Source of the DNA: Candidatus Latescibacterota bacterium
GTDB lineage: Bacteria > Latescibacterota > UBA2968 > GCA-2709665
Direction: 5' to 3'
DNA length: 64,000 bases
NCBI GenBank assembly: GCA_965237675.1
Contig: OZ250150.1
Coordinates: forward strand, 1,152,001 to 1,216,000
The notes below the pieces were generated by a model, which was not told the origin of the DNA, did no database searches, and was given only the letters and a program-made list of their open reading frames with translations. The position numbers and the translations under genes are program-made. Positions 61,456-64,000 of this stretch are shown piece by piece (within the stretch, counting starts at the first letter, position 1; every line of letters begins with the position of its first letter).

Positions 61456-62499
61456 ATGTACGACGTGGTGACCTTTGGCGAGGCGATGATCCGGTTGTCG
61501 TCTCCGGGGTACCGCCGGATCGAGAATGCGGCCAGCCTCGATGTGGAGGTGGGTGGGGGCGAGTACAATGTGGCGGTAGCCTGCGCTCATTTGGGGCTGA
61601 ATACGGCGTGGGTATCCCGGCTGGTGGACAATTGGACGGGATGGGCCATTCGGAATAAGGGTCGGGAACACGGGGTGAACATGTCCAATATACACTGGGT
61701 GGATTTTGATGGCGTCGGTATCGAACGGAATGGATTTTATCATCTCGAGCACGGCGTCGGGCCGCGGGCCAGCGCGGTGACCTACGACCGGGCGCATACG
61801 GCGATTTCAAATATCGAGCCGGGCATGGTGGATTGGAAGTCTGTGTTTGATGGCGCGAAATGGTTCCACGTCAGCGGCATCACTCCAGCGCTTTCGGACG
61901 GTGCGGCGGAAACGACATTGGAAGCCCTCGGGGCCGCCCGCGAGGCGGGAGTAACGACGAGCTACGATTTGAACTTCCGGTCAAAACTGTGGCGTTCCGA
62001 GAAAGCCCAGGAAACCACCAGGAGGATTGTTCCGCTGGTAAGCGTGCTGATTGGCAACGAGGAGGATTTTGAGAAGGTGTTGGGGTTGAAGGCGGCGGGA
62101 TCGAAGGATGACTATAGTCGCCTGGATCCCGATAGCTACAAGGATGTGGCGCGGCGGGCGGTCGAACGGTATCCCAATGTGGACTACGTGGGCACAACCT
62201 TGCGGGTTGCAAAGACCGGATTGCTGAACGATTGGCGGACGCTGTTGTTCGACGGTGAAGCGTTTTACCTGTCCCGAATCTACGAGGATCTGGAAATGGT
62301 TGACCGCGTGGGCGGAGGCGATAGTTTCTCGGCCGGTTTGATCGCCGGATTGATCGAGGGGGCGGACCCCCAGGCCGCCGTAGATTTCGCCGGCGCGTAT
62401 TCAGCGCTTGCCCACACCTTCCTGGGCGACGTAAACTGGGCAACCCGGGCGGAGGCGGAATCCGCCATGCAGGGTGCGGCAGCCAGAATCAGGCGGTAG
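61456..62499 (+). CDS. kdgK: 2-keto-3-deoxygluconate kinase (PfkB family)
   Basis: TFGEAMIRL, GGGEYNVA, SGITPAL, DLNFRSKLW, DRVGGGDSF; adjacent to eda. Confidence 0.85.
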   Translation: MYDVVTFGEAMIRLSSPGYRRIENAASLDVEVGGGEYNVAVACAHLGLNTAWVSRLVDNWTGWAIRNKGREHGVNMSNIHWVDFDGVGIERNGFYHLEHGVGPRASAVTYDRAHTAISNIEPGMVDWKSVFDGAKWFHVSGITPALSDGAAETTLEALGAAREAGVTTSYDLNFRSKLWRSEKAQETTRRIVPLVSVLIGNEEDFEKVLGLKAAGSKDDYSRLDPDSYKDVARRAVERYPNVDYVGTTLRVAKTGLLNDWRTLLFDGEAFYLSRIYEDLEMVDRVGGGDSFSAGLIAGLIEGADPQAAVDFAGAYSALAHTFLGDVNWATRAEAESAMQGAAARIRR

Positions 62500-62529
62500 G
62501 TCGATCGGACAGACAGAGGAGAGTATCCC

Positions 62530-63171
62530 ATGGCCGGTGTGCTGGACCGAATTATCGACTGTGGTGTGGTGGCGGTGCTGAGGGCGGATTCGCCCACGGA
62601 ACTGATGGATGTATCCAAGGCGTTGCGGGAAGGCGGCGTGGTTGCCATTGAAGTGACGATGACGGTGCCAGGGGCGCTCAAGGTCATTGAGGAGGCGTCG
62701 GCGAAAATGGAGGATACGATTGTGGGTGTCGGATCCGTCCTGGACCCGGAGACGGCGCGCGCGGCCATTCTGGCCGGCGCGGAGTACGTGGTGGGGCCGA
62801 CGTTGAACCTGGACGTAATCACCATGGCCAAACGCTACGGAAAGGTCGTGATGCCCGCGGGGTTCACGCCCACGGAGATTCTTGCCGCATGGCAGGCCGG
62901 GGCCGATGTGGTGAAGGTGTTCCCGGCGGGTGTCGGCGGCCCTTCTTATTTTAAAGATGTGAAAGGGCCGCTTCCCCAGGTTCGGTTGATGCCGACGGGC
63001 GGTGTCGACGCCGGGACGACCCCGGAGTTTATCAAGGCCGGGGCGTGCGCCGTGGGGGCCGGCAGCGCGATGGTGGATAAACGCGCTGTGGCAGACAGGG
63101 ATTGGGCCGCGTTGACTGCGACCGCCCGGGCGTTTGTGGACGCCGTGAAAAAGGCGCGGGCAGAGATGTGA
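62530..63171 (+). CDS. eda: KDPG/KHG aldolase
   Basis: VAVLR, IEVT, GSVLD, TPTEI, VKVFP, MPTGGV. Confidence 0.92.
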   Translation: MAGVLDRIIDCGVVAVLRADSPTELMDVSKALREGGVVAIEVTMTVPGALKVIEEASAKMEDTIVGVGSVLDPETARAAILAGAEYVVGPTLNLDVITMAKRYGKVVMPAGFTPTEILAAWQAGADVVKVFPAGVGGPSYFKDVKGPLPQVRLMPTGGVDAGTTPEFIKAGACAVGAGSAMVDKRAVADRDWAALTATARAFVDAVKKARAEM

Positions 63172-64000
63172 CTGCACTGACAGTTGGCGTCGACCTGGGC
63201 GGAACCAACACCCGCGCGGGTTTGGTGACGGACACGGGCCATATCGTGGCGAGGTTCCGATGCCCAACCCGGCCCGACCTGGGCAGTGATCGCGTGATTG
63301 CAGGAATCGAGAGGTGCGTCCGTCAGGTGCTACGGGAAGCGGGCGGCCGGGAAGTGCGCGGCGTGGGCGTGGGGGCCCCGGGTCCGCTGGATCCGTTTAA
63401 CGGGGTCATCATTTCTCCCGAGAACTTGCCGTGTATGCACGGCGTGCATCTGAAAGATCGGCTGGTGGCGGCGCTCGAGATGCCGGTGGTCGTGGACAAC
63501 GATGCAAATCTCGCGGCTTTTGGCGAACAGTGGCAGGGCGCCGGCAGGAGGGCGCCTCATTTTTTGTGTGTGACGCTGGGCACCGGAGTGGGCGGCGGCT
63601 GGGTGTGCAACGGCGAATTGATGCACGGGTTCAACGGCAATGCGGCCGAGGTCGGCCATATTACGATTAATTGGAACGGACCCCGTTGCCCATGCGGGAA
63701 TTACGGTTGCCTGGAACTCTATGTTTCCGCCACAGCGATGGTCGGTCGGACCCGCGAGCGACTGGAAACGGAAACACCCGAGACCGTGCTGGTTGCCGAC
63801 GGACTGACAACACAGGCGATATTCGAGGCAGCCGAGGCAGGTGATGGTTTTGCCCGCGCCATGTTTGAAGAGACAGGAACGCTGCTTGGAATTGGTCTCG
63901 TGAGTCTCGTGAGTGTGACGAACGTGGAGGTGGTGGCGCTGTGCGGTGGACTCGCGCGCGCCGGAGAACAGTTATTTGAGCCGGTAAGAAGGACCTTTCA
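63168..64000 (+). CDS. ROK-family sugar kinase, runs off the window
   Basis: GTG start overlapping the eda stop; VGVDLGGTN, DNDAN, TLGTGVGGG, EVGH, CPCGNYGCLE; not in the ORF track. Confidence 0.9.
   Translation, partial: MTALTVGVDLGGTNTRAGLVTDTGHIVARFRCPTRPDLGSDRVIAGIERCVRQVLREAGGREVRGVGVGAPGPLDPFNGVIISPENLPCMHGVHLKDRLVAALEMPVVVDNDANLAAFGEQWQGAGRRAPHFLCVTLGTGVGGGWVCNGELMHGFNGNAAEVGHITINWNGPRCPCGNYGCLELYVSATAMVGRTRERLETETPETVLVADGLTTQAIFEAAEAGDGFARAMFEETGTLLGIGLVSLVSVTNVEVVALCGGLARAGEQLFEPVRRTF

Overview
GC-rich bacterial chromosome segment. The cohesin/FlgD-Ig proteins, PorV-like protein, two PhyH dioxygenases and DUF6785-type membrane protein suggest a Latescibacterota/FCB-related lineage, which is inference only. 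It carries housekeeping genes (gltA, polA, proS, tgt, yajC, fmt, kdgK, eda), a TRAP transporter, a catabolic cluster and many REP-like palindromes and IS relics. The main feature is a more AT-rich, translationally coupled minus-strand operon at about 5456-12362: XRE-family HTH regulator with a leaderless promoter and direct-repeat boxes -> Cas4/RecB-like Fe-S nuclease -> long prokaryotic Argonaute (DEDD tetrad, non-canonical MID pocket) -> small helical protein -> HExxH zinc-protease-like protein. An IS1380 element (9430-11117) splits the nuclease gene. Removing it in silico restores an in-frame 313-aa protein with the C-terminal CxxC-x5-C motif. I do not recognise an Argonaute + Cas4 + metalloprotease + XRE combination as a described system. 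All calls rest on motif reading; no database searches were run.
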